Source of the DNA: Nitrospinota bacterium
GTDB taxonomy: Bacteria > JADFOP01
DNA: 47,637 bases
Reading direction: 5' to 3'
NCBI GenBank assembly: GCA_022562795.1
Contig: JADFOP010000013.1
Location: 1 to 47,637 of the forward strand
The notes beneath the pieces were generated by a model. The model had not been told where the DNA came from. It was given only the letters and a program-made list of their open reading frames with translations, and did not search any database. Shown here piece by piece: positions 7,775-17,765 of this stretch; position 1 is the stretch's first letter, and the number at the start of each line of letters is the position of its first letter. Position numbers and translations under genes: made by a program.

Positions 7775-10570
7775 TCATTCGGCACGTAGGCGGTCCACAC
7801 AGCGGCCGCAGAGGGTAGGATGGTCCGTTGAGGAGCCCACATCCTCTTTGAATACCCAGCAGCGCTCGCACTTCTTGCCGGGCGCCCGCTCCCAGGCCAC
7901 GGCGAGCCCGGCTATCTCGTCGCTTCGCATCGCAGCATCCGGGACGGAATCGGGAGCGGCCAGATCGACGGCCGAGACGATAAAGATCTCCGGCAACTGG
8001 TCCCGGTGCGCCTCCAAGAGTTTCTTAAGAGTGCCGTCGGCTCCAATGATAACCTTCGCTTCTAGGGAGCTTCCAATGGCTTTGTCGCTCCGTGCCCCTT
8101 CCAGGCACTTGGTGACCTCGCTGCGGACGGCGAGCAGTGTATCCCACGTGGCTGCCAACGTCTCGTCCTGGTAGGCTGGCTCGACCTCCGGCAAGGCAGC
8201 CAGGTGGACGCTTTCGGCCGTCTGGAGAGCCGGGGCCATATGCTCCCAGACCTCCTCGGCCGTGTAGGCGAGCACAGGGGCCATGAGACGGACCATCGTC
8301 GAGAGGACCTCGCTCAAGACCGTCTGGGCCGCGCGCCGGGCCGGCGAAGCCGCCTCGTCGCAGTAGAGCCGGTCCTTCAAAACGTCGAGGTAGAAGGAGG
8401 AGAGGTCTAGCACACACCAATTGTGAAATGCATGGTAAAAGAGGTGGTACTCGTTACGGGCGTAAGCCCTGCCGACGCGCTCCACGAGGAGCTGAAGCCG
8501 GTGGAGGACGTAGCGCTCCATGGCGGGCAGCTCTGTGTACGGAACCTCATCGCGGGCCGCCTCGAAGTCATAGAGGTTCGCCAAGAGGAACCGGCACGTA
8601 TTGCGGATGCGGCGATATGCCTCGGTCAATCGAGTGAGAATCTCCTCGGAGATGCGCACGTCGTCGCGGTAGTTCTCCGAGGCCACCCAGAGGCGGAGAA
8701 TCTCTGCCCCGTAGCGCTCGATGATCTCCTGGGGGGCGATGACGTTTCCCGCGCTCTTCGACATCTTTTTGCCCTCGCCGTCGACCACGTAGCCGTGGGT
8801 GAGGACCGACCGATAGGGGGCCCCGCCGCGCGTGCCCACGGCTGCGAGCAGGGAGCTGTGGAACCACCCCCGGTGCTGGTCGCTTCCCTCCAGGTACATA
8901 TCGGCCGGCCAGTCCAGGCGCCGCTCGCCGGTGAGGACCGCCGCGTGGCTCACCCCCGACTCGAACCATACATCGAGGATGTCCTCCTCCTTGCGAAAGT
9001 CCGCAGCTCCGCAGGCCGGGCAGGCGAGCCCCGAAGGGACGAGATCGGCCACGGGGCGCTCAAACCAGGCGTCGGCCCCCTCTTCGGCCACGAGGGCTGC
9101 TGCGTGCTCAGCCAGCTCCTTCGACAGGACCGTCTCGTCGCAGGCCTCGCAGTATAGCGCCGTGATAGGCACCCCCCAGGCTCGCTGACGGGAGATACAC
9201 CAGTCCGGTCGCCGCTCGACCATCTGGTATATGCGCTCCTCGCCCCAGGCGGGAATCCACGTCACTTGGCGGATCTCCTCCAGGGCCTTACGGCGAAGCT
9301 CCTCATGGTCCATGGAGATAAACCACTGGGCAGTAGCGCGAAAGATGATGGGCTCCTTGCACCGCCAGCAATGGGGGTAGGAGTGGGTGACTTCATCGGC
9401 CGCGATGAGGTGGCCGTCGGCCCTGAGGCGCTCAATGATGCCGTGGTTGGCCTCCCAGACATTGAGTCCCCCGAAGAGCTCCATCTCCGGGACGAAGCGG
9501 CCGTGGTCGTCCACCGGGTTGTAGACCTCGAGGCCGTAGCGTAGCCCGACCTCGTAGTCATCATGACCATGGCCCGGGGCTGTGTGGACGCACCCGGTCC
9601 CCTGCTCCAGGGTCACGTGTTCGCCGAGCAGGATCGGGCTTGGCCGCTGGTAGAAGGGATGGCGGCAGACGAGGCCTTCCAGGGCCGAACCCTTGACCGT
9701 GCCAAGTTCAGCCGGGGTAGCGCCTGCCACCCGTTTGAGGACCTCCGCCTTCAGCCCCTCGGCCATGACCCACACTTCTTCGTCGATCTCCACGGCCGTG
9801 TACTCCAGGTCGGGGTGGACGCAGATGGCCAGGTTGGCAGGGAGGGTCCAGGGCGTCGTCGTCCAGATGAGAACGAAGGCAGCTCTATCGGCCGCATCGG
9901 GAAACCACCGGCCGAGGTCGCCCTCGACGGGGAACTTGACGTAAATTGAGGGGGAAGTACGGTCGTCGTACTCCACCTCGGCCTCGGCCAGCGCCGTCAC
10001 ACAGCTAGTGCACCAGTGAACCGGCTTCAGCCCGCGGTAGACGCTCCCCCGTTCGACGAAGCGGCCGAACTCCCGAATGATAGTGGCCTCGTAGCCTGCA
10101 TCCATCGTTAGGTAGGGGGCGTCCCAATCGGCGAAGACCCCCAGGCGCTTGAACTCCTCACGCTGGATGGCGACGAACTTCTCGGCGAAGGCCCGGCACC
10201 GCTTGCGGACCTCGGTTTTGGAAAGCTCTTCGAGCCGTGGTCCTAGCTCCTGTTTTACCTGGTGCTCGATTGGCAGCCCGTGGCAGTCCCAACCGGGGAC
10301 GTAGACGGCGTCGAAGCCCTCCATCTGCTTAATCTTGACTATGATGTCCTTGAGAATCTTGTTGAGGGCGTGCCCGATGTGGATGTGCCCGTTGGCGTAC
10401 GGCGGCCCGTCGTGGAGGATGTAGGTGGGCCGATCGGCGGACGCCTCCCTGAGAACCCGGTAGATGTCCATGGCCTCCCAGCGGGCGAGAATCTCGTTTT
10501 CCCGCACGGGGAGGTTCGCCCGCATGGGAAAGGCGGTCTTGGGAAGGTTCAGGGTCTCTTTGTAGTCCAT
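7775..10570 (-). CDS. ileS: Isoleucine--tRNA ligase (type 1)
   Basis: [26 protein letters not shown]-terminal CERCW...CGRC zinc finger. Confidence 0.98.
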   Translation of the reverse strand: MDYKETLNLPKTAFPMRANLPVRENEILARWEAMDIYRVLREASADRPTYILHDGPPYANGHIHIGHALNKILKDIIVKIKQMEGFDAVYVPGWDCHGLPIEHQVKQELGPRLEELSKTEVRKRCRAFAEKFVAIQREEFKRLGVFADWDAPYLTMDAGYEATIIREFGRFVERGSVYRGLKPVHWCTSCVTALAEAEVEYDDRTSPSIYVKFPVEGDLGRWFPDAADRAAFVLIWTTTPWTLPANLAICVHPDLEYTAVEIDEEVWVMAEGLKAEVLKRVAGATPAELGTVKGSALEGLVCRHPFYQRPSPILLGEHVTLEQGTGCVHTAPGHGHDDYEVGLRYGLEVYNPVDDHGRFVPEMELFGGLNVWEANHGIIERLRADGHLIAADEVTHSYPHCWRCKEPIIFRATAQWFISMDHEELRRKALEEIRQVTWIPAWGEERIYQMVERRPDWCISRQRAWGVPITALYCEACDETVLSKELAEHAAALVAEEGADAWFERPVADLVPSGLACPACGAADFRKEEDILDVWFESGVSHAAVLTGERRLDWPADMYLEGSDQHRGWFHSSLLAAVGTRGGAPYRSVLTHGYVVDGEGKKMSKSAGNVIAPQEIIERYGAEILRLWVASENYRDDVRISEEILTRLTEAYRRIRNTCRFLLANLYDFEAARDEVPYTELPAMERYVLHRLQLLVERVGRAYARNEYHLFYHAFHNWCVLDLSSFYLDVLKDRLYCDEAASPARRAAQTVLSEVLSTMVRLMAPVLAYTAEEVWEHMAPALQTAESVHLAALPEVEPAYQDETLAATWDTLLAVRSEVTKCLEGARSDKAIGSSLEAKVIIGADGTLKKLLEAHRDQLPEIFIVSAVDLAAPDSVPDAAMRSDEIAGLAVAWERAPGKKCERCWVFKEDVGSSTDHPTLCGRCVDRLRAE

Positions 10571-10607
10571 ATGGCGGCGGTGATCCTAGGGGCCGGGAGA
10601 AGCCGAG

Positions 10608-11594
10608 CTAAATGCTCATCGCCTCGCGGACCTCTTCCATGGTGGCCTGTGCGACGAGGCGGGCCCGCTTGCTCCCCTCTTCGAAGATCTCGAGGGCGGC
10701 CTTGGGCTTCGAGGCCAGCTCGGCCCTCTTCTCAAAAAAGGGCTCCATAGTCTCCTCGAGGTGGGGCAGGAGAACCCCCTTGCAATCGAGGCACCCGATG
10801 GCCGCCGTCCGGCAGCCCTCGGCGCAGGCCTCCCGCTCGGCCTCGGGGGTGAGGACCTTGTGGATATCGAAGACGGGGCAGACATCGGGATTGCCCGGGT
10901 CTGTCCGCCGCACCCGGGCCGGGTCGGTCACCATGGTCCGGATCTTCTGGCGCACCGTCTCCCGGTCGTCGGACAGGTAGATGCAGTTGTCGTAGCTCTT
11001 GCTCATCTTCCGCCCGTCTGTGCCGGGGACCTTCGGGGCTTCCGACAGTAGCGCTTCGGGCTCAATGAAGACTTCCCGGCCGAAGAGGTGGTTAAAGCGG
11101 CGCACAATCTCCCTGGCCAGCTCCAGGTGGGGTAGCTGGTCGATGCCCACGGGCACATGGTGGGCCTTGTAGATGACGATGTCGGCCGTCTGGAGCACCG
11201 GATAGCCTAGAAATCCGTAGGTGGAAAGATCACGGTCGGCGAGCTCTTGCTGCTTTTCCTTATAGGTCGGATTCCGCTCGAGCCACGGCACCGGGGTGAT
11301 CATCGACAGCAGGAGATGGAGCTCGGCGTGCTCTGGCACCCGGGACTGAATGAAGAGGGTCGATTTCTCCGGGTCGATGCCGGCGCACAGCCAGTCTATT
11401 GCTATCTCCTCGATGTTGGGGCGAATCTCGTGGGTGTCCTGGTAGCTGGCCGAAAGCGCGTGCCAGTCTGCGATGAAGTAATAGCAGTCGAATTTCTCTT
11501 GTAGGCGGGTCCAGTTGTCCAGCGCCCCGAGGAGGTTGCCCAGGTGGAGCCGTCCGGAGGCCTGCATCCCGCTAAGGACTCGTTTCTTGCTCAT
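10608..11594 (-). CDS. trpS: Tryptophan--tRNA ligase
   Basis: SGMQASGRLHLGN, YPVLQTADI, VPVGIDQ, KMSKS. Confidence 0.97.
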   Translation of the reverse strand: MSKKRVLSGMQASGRLHLGNLLGALDNWTRLQEKFDCYYFIADWHALSASYQDTHEIRPNIEEIAIDWLCAGIDPEKSTLFIQSRVPEHAELHLLLSMITPVPWLERNPTYKEKQQELADRDLSTYGFLGYPVLQTADIVIYKAHHVPVGIDQLPHLELAREIVRRFNHLFGREVFIEPEALLSEAPKVPGTDGRKMSKSYDNCIYLSDDRETVRQKIRTMVTDPARVRRTDPGNPDVCPVFDIHKVLTPEAEREACAEGCRTAAIGCLDCKGVLLPHLEETMEPFFEKRAELASKPKAALEIFEEGSKRARLVAQATMEEVREAMSI

Positions 11595-11617
11595 AGAGAC
11601 CGCCGCTTCGGCCCTGG

Positions 11618-12271
11618 TCAGACCGCCATCATCCGGGTGACCAGGAAGACCACGGGAAAGAGAATCTTATCGATAAAGCCGGTAAAGATAAGCGCCAGGA
11701 GAATCATGAAGCCGTAGGGTTTGAGCCGGCTGAAGTGGGCCGCTTGGCGCAGCGGCAACAGCCCTTCGAGCACGTGGCTGCCGTCGAGGGGATAGACGGG
11801 CAAGAGGTTGAATATGGCCAGCAGGACGTTGATGTAGACGCTCATCCGGAGCATGAGGGCGACCGGCACCACGATGCTCCCCCGGGCGGCCAGCGTGGAG
11901 GGGCCTACCGCTCCGCTCAGAACGTGGAGCCCTACGGCACTCAAGGCCGCCAGCACCAGGTTGGCCACAGGGCCCGCAAGAGCCACCCAGAGCCAGTCTC
12001 GCCGGGGGTTGTGGAACTTCCGGCTGGTCACGGGGACGGGCCTCGCCCACCCAAACCCGATCGACATAGTCGCCATGGTGAGGAAGAAGACCAGCGTGCC
12101 CATAGGGTCTAAGTGTTTGAGCGGATTGAGGGTAATCCGGCCCAGCATACGGGCGGTATCATCGCCCAGCCTCTCGGCCATCCAGCCGTGGGCCGCCTCG
12201 TGGCACGAGATGGCCATCAGGAAGGGCGGTCCTTGGATGATGATGTTCTGGATGACCGTGTCCCAGTTCAT
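11618..12271 (-). CDS. Site-2 protease family (M50) membrane metalloprotease
   Basis: HEAAH, AGPVAN, FNLLPVYPLDG. Confidence 0.93.
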   Translation of the reverse strand: MNWDTVIQNIIIQGPPFLMAISCHEAAHGWMAERLGDDTARMLGRITLNPLKHLDPMGTLVFFLTMATMSIGFGWARPVPVTSRKFHNPRRDWLWVALAGPVANLVLAALSAVGLHVLSGAVGPSTLAARGSIVVPVALMLRMSVYINVLLAIFNLLPVYPLDGSHVLEGLLPLRQAAHFSRLKPYGFMILLALIFTGFIDKILFPVVFLVTRMMAV

Positions 12272-12312
12272 CGAATTAATCCCTCACCCGCGTGCCAAAC
12301 CATAAATGCTGA

Positions 12313-12341
12313 ATTATAAAAAGGCTCCAGGACCTTGTCAA
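12313..12341 (-). promoter_or_regulatory. sigma70 promoter for the S2P-trpS-ileS operon
   Basis: Exact TTGACA-17-TATAAT. Confidence 0.75.
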
Positions 12342-13648
12342 CGCGGCGGGGGCCCGTAGGTCTCCCGGACGAAGGCAATTTCCTCGTCCTTGGTCTTAAG
12401 CTCCCCGTCGATTCGGCGGTCCCGGACAGTCTCGAGAATCTCCTTGAAGCGGGGGCCCGGCTCAAACCCTATGGCGATGAGGTCCTCTCCACCAATTGCC
12501 GGCTCCACCGTTCGGGTCTTCGTGAGATAGTGGGAGAGCCGGCGGCGTGCTTCTTCTTTATCCGTTCGAGCGATGAGCACCATTAGGGCTTCGGGCGCCA
12601 CATCCTCCAGGGCGCGGTAGACCTCGCTCGGCCTCGGCGGCGGCTCGCGTTCCACGACGTCGGCCACACGGGTGCGCTGGTCCCAAAATCGCTCCAGCGC
12701 CTCCTGGAGCCGCTCCGGCAGTGCCAGCCGATGGCCGACCGCGCTGGCCTCCTCGGCCGGCAGGGGGTCCAACAGGGCCAGGAGGTAGATGAACCATCGC
12801 TCCAGGGGTAAGTCGAGGTCGTTAAGCCCGTCCAACGCCATCACCTCCTCGAGGCTTTGGAGGATAGGGCGCTCCTCGCTGGGTCCGGCAAAGGAGGGAT
12901 GGATGAAGCGTAGCACGTCGAGCTCGGCCATCCGCCGGACCATTTTCAGAGGCTGCTTTTCTTCCAACATGTAGCGAAGCTCGGTTGCGAGCCTGGCCGG
13001 AGCAAGCCGGCCTACGAAGTCCCCGACCACGGCCTCATTGAGGAGAGCAAGGGTCTGGCGGCCGATGGAGAAACCGAGGCGCTGCTCAAACCGGATGGCC
13101 CTGAAGACCCTCGCAGGGTCCTCGACAAAGCTCGCCTCATGGAGCACACTGATGGTCCGCTCCTCGATATCTCGCCGGCCCTCGAAACAATCCACCAGGT
13201 GGAAGGCGTCCGGTTCGTTGAGCTTGATTGCCAGGGTGTTTATGGTGAAGTCCCGCCTAAATAGGTCGTCCTTCACCGACGACGCCTCAACCACCGGCGG
13301 TGCGGCAGGATATTCGTAGAATTCCACCCTGGCCGTGGCGACGTCCAGCCGGAAGCCATCGGGCAGGAGCAGGACGGCCGTCCCGAATTGCTCGTGAGGC
13401 TGGAGCCGGGCTCCCAGCAGGGCCGCCATGCTACCGGCGACCTTCAGGCCGTCGCCCTCGACTACGATGTCCACATCGTCGTTCTCAATGCCAATGAAGA
13501 GGTCGCGCACGAGGCCCCCAACGGCGTAGGCGGCCATCCCCTCGGCCTCGGCGGCGCTGCCCGCCGCCTCAAGAAGGCGAAGAATATCGGGCGCCACCCT
13601 CTCCACCACCAGGCTCTTCACGCTCTTTTTGGAGGTCATTACGTGCAT
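12338..13648 (-). CDS. cca: Class II tRNA nucleotidyltransferase (CCA/A-adding type)
   Basis: VGGLVRD, DVDIVV, DVATAR, RRDFTIN, EDPARVFRAIRF. Confidence 0.88.
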   Translation of the reverse strand: MHVMTSKKSVKSLVVERVAPDILRLLEAAGSAAEAEGMAAYAVGGLVRDLFIGIENDDVDIVVEGDGLKVAGSMAALLGARLQPHEQFGTAVLLLPDGFRLDVATARVEFYEYPAAPPVVEASSVKDDLFRRDFTINTLAIKLNEPDAFHLVDCFEGRRDIEERTISVLHEASFVEDPARVFRAIRFEQRLGFSIGRQTLALLNEAVVGDFVGRLAPARLATELRYMLEEKQPLKMVRRMAELDVLRFIHPSFAGPSEERPILQSLEEVMALDGLNDLDLPLERWFIYLLALLDPLPAEEASAVGHRLALPERLQEALERFWDQRTRVADVVEREPPPRPSEVYRALEDVAPEALMVLIARTDKEEARRRLSHYLTKTRTVEPAIGGEDLIAIGFEPGPRFKEILETVRDRRIDGELKTKDEEIAFVRETYGPPPR

Positions 13649-13719
13649 CGGCCTCTCCCGTCCTTAAACGGTCTGGCCGACCCGTGGGTCTAAGGGGTCG
13701 TAAACCGTATCCTACGGGC

Positions 13720-13748
13720 ATTGTAGGATATTTACCATAGAGGGTCAA
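13720..13748 (-). promoter_or_regulatory. sigma70 promoter of the nucleotidyltransferase gene
   Basis: TTGACC-17-TACAAT. Confidence 0.55.
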
Positions 13749-13898
13749 AGCATGGGCAAGGCCAACGCCATCGCAATCGGGCCTCCTTGATCATGCTTCA
13801 GAAAACCTCAACCGGCCAAAAAAAACATAGCCTGCAGGTGTGATACCTGATAGAATATTGCAGAAGTGTCTCTTCTCTAAAAGGGTTAGGGGGGAGTT

Positions 13899-14114
13899 TT
13901 GGAAGAGACGCGCAGAAAGATTGCAGAGCTTGAAGTGACCATCGCCCGACATAGAGAAGAGCGTCTAAAAGCTGAGAGCATCGGCTGCTTCTCCGATAAA
14001 GAACTTGCGGAAAAAAACGAGCGCCTCCAGAAGCTGGACCACCAAATCACGAGTCTTAACGTCGAGAAAGAAAAGCTGAAAAATAAGATACGCATCAAAC
14101 CCTTACGGGGATGA
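13899..14114 (+). CDS. Small coiled-coil hypothetical protein (71 aa)
   Basis: GGGGAG RBS before TTG; heptad-like charged helix; first gene of a tight three-gene unit. Confidence 0.55.
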   Translation: MEETRRKIAELEVTIARHREERLKAESIGCFSDKELAEKNERLQKLDHQITSLNVEKEKLKNKIRIKPLRG

Positions 14115-14121
14115 AGAGTCC

Positions 14122-15687
14122 TTGCAAGCCTCCGTTCATGGGGATGGAAAATCGGTGCACCGCTACCTTGCAGTAGCCCTCACAGTTGTTCTCCTGCTCG
14201 CCGGGGGGCTATCGCCTATCGCCGCTCCCACCGCCCGGGCCGCTACCACCGTCAGGGTGAGTATTAATGACCCTAGAGACGGGGAGACCATTTCCGAGCC
14301 CCGGGATGTGATCTTCGTCGGGGGCCACGCCTATGCGCGAGGTGAGGAAGCCCCCGCATTTGACATAGCGATACTCATCGACACCTCTGGGAGCACCAGC
14401 AAATCGTCGGGCGTAGACGTCAACGGAAACGGTATCGTCGGGCTCACTTCCCGCCCCACGGCGGTCATTAGCGTCTTCGGCGTAAGAATAGAGGCCACCG
14501 CTGACCCCGGCGACAGCATCTTGGCTGCCGAGGTCCTGGCGGCAAGAAAGCTCATCTCCCAGCTAAACCCCCGCACCACCCGGGTCGCCCTCGTCTCATT
14601 CGCGGGGGACTACCTGCCCGGGACGGGTAAGGGCGGCAACCGGACCTACCTGGCCAACCCTGCCACCCCTGACGCCTACCTCGAGCAACCCCTTACGAAC
14701 AACTTTAGGCTGGCCCGGGTCGCCCTCGGCCAGGTTGAGCGAGGCGGACCGTATGGCGGCACCAACATCGCAGAGGGAATCCGGGTGGCCATTAAAGAGC
14801 TGACGGGCCTGTCAGGAAGCGGCTCCGTGCCCCGCAGAGACGCCCATAAGGTCATCCTCCTGCTCACCGACGGCTTTCCAACCTTCCCCGTGGGCAGCCA
14901 CAGAATGGACCCAGGGGATGTTAAGCTCGCAGTGGAAGCGGCCGAGGTGGCCGGCCGGTTCGGGATAAGGGCCCACACCTTTGCCTTGGGCAGGGAGGCG
15001 CTCAGCGAACCCTTCACGGTCAAAGAAGTTGCACGGGTGACGGGCGGACGGTTCACCCCGGTGCCCGACCCCGCCGACATCATTACAGTCCTTCCGGGCA
15101 TCAACCTCATCGACCTCTACCGTGTCGAGGTTGTCAATGTCACTACCGGACAGAGGGCCCTGCGGGTCAAATCGGGGCCAGACGGGAGCTTTCGAGCGTT
15201 GGTGCCGGTGCAAAACGGCCTCAATAAAATATCCGCGGTCGCCCGCGCCACCGATGGCGCACAGGACCAAGCGGAGGTTAACATCACCTTCATCAAGCTT
15301 CCATCCGAGGAACGCCGGAATTTGGAGCTTGCACGCCAATCTGAACTCGACCTGGACCTGGAGAAGGCCGAGACCGACCGCCTCCAGCTCGAGCTGGATA
15401 AGTTGAAGAAAGAGAATCTGGAGCGTGGAATCGAGCAAGCTAGGCGCGACGGACAGCATCTGAAGGCGGAGCTGGGCCGCTTGCGTGACCAGCTAGCGCG
15501 GGAGGCCGAGGAGCGGCGGCGCCAGGCTGAAGAGGCGAAGCTCACCAGCCAGCGAGAAGCGGCCCTCCAGGCGATCGAGGAGGCCGAGCGCCGGGAAATC
15601 CAAAAGTGGAACGACGAGGAACGGCGCCGGCGCGAACAGCTCGAGCTCGATCTCACTGTAAAGGACAAAGGTGGAACCTCGAAGTAG
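14122..15687 (+). CDS. Exported VWA-domain protein with Ig-like flanks and C-terminal coiled coil
   Basis: Signal peptide; MIDAS DTSGST...GGTN...LLTDG; long E/R/K-rich tail. Start may be GTG 14155. Confidence 0.85.
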   Translation: MQASVHGDGKSVHRYLAVALTVVLLLAGGLSPIAAPTARAATTVRVSINDPRDGETISEPRDVIFVGGHAYARGEEAPAFDIAILIDTSGSTSKSSGVDVNGNGIVGLTSRPTAVISVFGVRIEATADPGDSILAAEVLAARKLISQLNPRTTRVALVSFAGDYLPGTGKGGNRTYLANPATPDAYLEQPLTNNFRLARVALGQVERGGPYGGTNIAEGIRVAIKELTGLSGSGSVPRRDAHKVILLLTDGFPTFPVGSHRMDPGDVKLAVEAAEVAGRFGIRAHTFALGREALSEPFTVKEVARVTGGRFTPVPDPADIITVLPGINLIDLYRVEVVNVTTGQRALRVKSGPDGSFRALVPVQNGLNKISAVARATDGAQDQAEVNITFIKLPSEERRNLELARQSELDLDLEKAETDRLQLELDKLKKENLERGIEQARRDGQHLKAELGRLRDQLAREAEERRRQAEEAKLTSQREAALQAIEEAERREIQKWNDEERRRREQLELDLTVKDKGGTSK

Positions 15688-15696
15688 TATTGAGCG

Positions 15697-16284
15697 ATGG
15701 AAGAGCGACCCGTCGGTGTGATTGCCCTCGCGGCCGTTTCCCTGGGTCTTTTCGCCACCTTCCTCGTCCCCTTCAACACGGACTTCAAGTACTCTCTCGT
15801 ATCCGGGTCTTCTAAGGGCTCCCCGGGGCTCATGGCCCAACCATCCCTGCTGACGTCGTGGCTCTATCCCCTGCTCGATACGGCCAAGATGCTCCATGAC
15901 GACCTCCAGATGCCGGTCGACCTGGCCCTTGAGACGGCCGCCAGCATCCACCGCCACACGCAAGCCACCCGCATCGCTCCCGAGCTGGTGGTGGCCCTCA
16001 TCCAGGTGGAAAGCGGCGGCGACCCAAGAGCGGTGAGCCCCAAGCAGGCCGTCGGGCTCATGCAGGTCCGCCATTCCGTGTGGGCCCAAACCCTTGGCGT
16101 CTCCTACAGGGAGCTCTTCGACATCGACACGAACATCCGGGCAGGCATCTACATCCTCAATTACTACCTGAAGCGCCACGAGACCATGACCGCCGCCCTG
16201 GCGGCTTACAGCGGCAATACCCGCTCCACGCGCTACCCCAAAAAGGTCTTGGCGACCTTCCGCGAGCTCGCCAGCGAGACTTAG
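15697..16284 (+). CDS. Membrane-anchored lytic transglycosylase (SLT domain)
   Basis: N-terminal TM; ALIQVES (catalytic Glu), AVGLMQV, NIRAG..L, ALAAY. Confidence 0.9.
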   Translation: MEERPVGVIALAAVSLGLFATFLVPFNTDFKYSLVSGSSKGSPGLMAQPSLLTSWLYPLLDTAKMLHDDLQMPVDLALETAASIHRHTQATRIAPELVVALIQVESGGDPRAVSPKQAVGLMQVRHSVWAQTLGVSYRELFDIDTNIRAGIYILNYYLKRHETMTAALAAYSGNTRSTRYPKKVLATFRELASET

Positions 16285-16434
16285 CCTCAAGCAGCGATGG
16301 GGTGAGTTGCCGCTCTCACGCAATCACCCGGTCTGGTTGAATTAGAATGTATTTTAGCTCGGTGGGGTCTAACGTACTGAAATAGCAGGCGGGAAAAATT
16401 ATTCGGAAAATCACGGAAAAAAAGAGAAAAAGGC

Positions 16435-16463
16435 TTGACAACCCAAGATGTAGTGGTTATTAT
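16435..16463 (+). promoter_or_regulatory. sigma70 promoter (plus strand) with no ORF directly downstream
   Basis: TTGACA-17-TATTAT with an A-tract UP element upstream. Confidence 0.7.
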
Positions 16464-16488
16464 ATATAGAGAATACAACATACTGTGG
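16441..16488. promoter_or_regulatory. Tandem NrdR-like boxes (16441-16456, 16473-16488)
   Basis: acCCAAGATGTAGtgg and atACAACATACTGtgg compared with consensus acaCwAtATaTwGtgt; starts 32 bp apart. Confidence 0.55.
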
Positions 16489-16582
16489 CAGGGGACTCCC
16501 TCCATCATCCAACCGAAGAAGGTGCGCTTAAAGAAGGTTGAACTCCCACCCCCTGCCACAGTATTCATTTGACCGAGGGCAA
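16470..16582. ncRNA. Putative small structured RNA, possibly transcribed from both strands
   Basis: 15-bp perfect inverted repeat at 16480-16494/16550-16564 with an inner CAACC/GGTTG stem, bracketed by convergent promoters. Confidence 0.5.
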
Positions 16583-16588
16583 TTCCCA

Positions 16589-16616
16589 ATTATACCCAGC
16601 CTGGTCGCCCTGTCAA
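16589..16616 (-). promoter_or_regulatory. sigma70 promoter (minus strand), convergent with the 16435 promoter
   Basis: Exact TTGACA-16-TATAAT on the minus strand. Confidence 0.7.
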
Positions 16617-16681
16617 GGGTTTTTTCCACCGCTTCTCCACATCTTCTCGCCATTAATCATTAATCGTTCTTTTTCCACGCC

Positions 16682-16710
16682 TTGTAGATGCGCCGAGCCG
16701 GTGGTATAAC
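16682..16710 (+). promoter_or_regulatory. sigma70 promoter of the methyltransferase gene
   Basis: TTGTAG-17-TATAAC with a TG extended -10. Confidence 0.55.
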
Positions 16711-16752
16711 CCCCTTCAAGCGCCCCGCCTACTTTCTGGAGGAACACACCCG

Positions 16753-17739
16753 ATGGCCGCTCTTGAGACGTGGGACGACCTCTCCGAGCTCAGCAGGGGC
16801 TTCATGGCCGCCAGGATTATCATTGCGGCCGCTGAGCTGGAAATTTTCGACCACCTTGAGGATGAAGGGGCGACGGCCGAGGAGGTGGCCGCAAGCTTCG
16901 GAGGTACGGATCGGGCCTACGTCATCGTCTTGAACGCCCTGGCTGCTCTCGGGGTAATCGAGAAACAGGACGGCCGCTACCGTAACACCCCTCTCACCCA
17001 GCGCCACCTAGTCACCACGAGCCCCCAGTACCGTGGCGACGGCCTGCGGATCCACAGCAACCTGTGGGATAGCTGGACCGGGCTCGAATCAATCCTTCGC
17101 GGCGAACCTTATGAAGCCCCCAAAATCATGGACGACCCGGAGCGGAATCGCCGTTTCACCCGGGCCATGCACGCCTACCACTTCGACGAGGCCGGCGAAA
17201 TCGCTCCCCTGCTCGGGCTGGAGCGAGCCACCTCAATGCTCGACCTGGGGGGCGGCGCGGCCAGCTACTCCATCGCATTCTGCCAGGCCTCCCCCTCTCT
17301 AAAGGCCGTGCTCATAGATCGGGCCCAGACCCTTGAGACGGCCAGTGAGTACGTGGAAGAGCACGGCATGAGCGAGCGGATTACGCTTCGGGGCGGCGAT
17401 TTTTACGAAGATGAGGCCTTTGACCTGGGCGGTCCATACGACTTCGTCTTCATCTCCAACGTTCTCCACATCGAGGACGAGGGGCGTAACCTCGCCCTTC
17501 TCGGCAGGGCCTTCGAGGCCACAACGCCCGGAGGCCGCATCGTCATCAACGAGGTCCCAATCAAGGAGAGTGGCGTTGAACCACTTTGGGGCGCAATCTT
17601 CGCCGTCAATATGCTGGTAGCCACCGACCGGGGCGACAGCTATCCCCAGTCCACCATGGGCTCTTGGCTCAAGGCCGCGGGCTGCACCCGCGTGGACTTC
17701 CTCACCGAGGCTCTCACCATCGGCCACAAGGGGCAGTAA
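16753..17739 (+). CDS. SAM-dependent O-methyltransferase (Methyltransf_2 with dimerisation domain)
   Basis: AAAELEIFD dimerisation motif, MLDLGGG, GDF, SNVLH, PGGRIVINE. Confidence 0.9.
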   Translation: MAALETWDDLSELSRGFMAARIIIAAAELEIFDHLEDEGATAEEVAASFGGTDRAYVIVLNALAALGVIEKQDGRYRNTPLTQRHLVTTSPQYRGDGLRIHSNLWDSWTGLESILRGEPYEAPKIMDDPERNRRFTRAMHAYHFDEAGEIAPLLGLERATSMLDLGGGAASYSIAFCQASPSLKAVLIDRAQTLETASEYVEEHGMSERITLRGGDFYEDEAFDLGGPYDFVFISNVLHIEDEGRNLALLGRAFEATTPGGRIVINEVPIKESGVEPLWGAIFAVNMLVATDRGDSYPQSTMGSWLKAAGCTRVDFLTEALTIGHKGQ

Positions 17740-17765
17740 ACCCCGCCCTCGCCACCATCACCCCG

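Noticed and set aside
16287-16589. 100-aa minus-strand ORF across the convergent-promoter locus (possible type I toxin)
   Set aside because: It runs through promoter and A/T-tract sequence, has atypical composition and no well-spaced RBS. It cannot be fully excluded but is unsupported.
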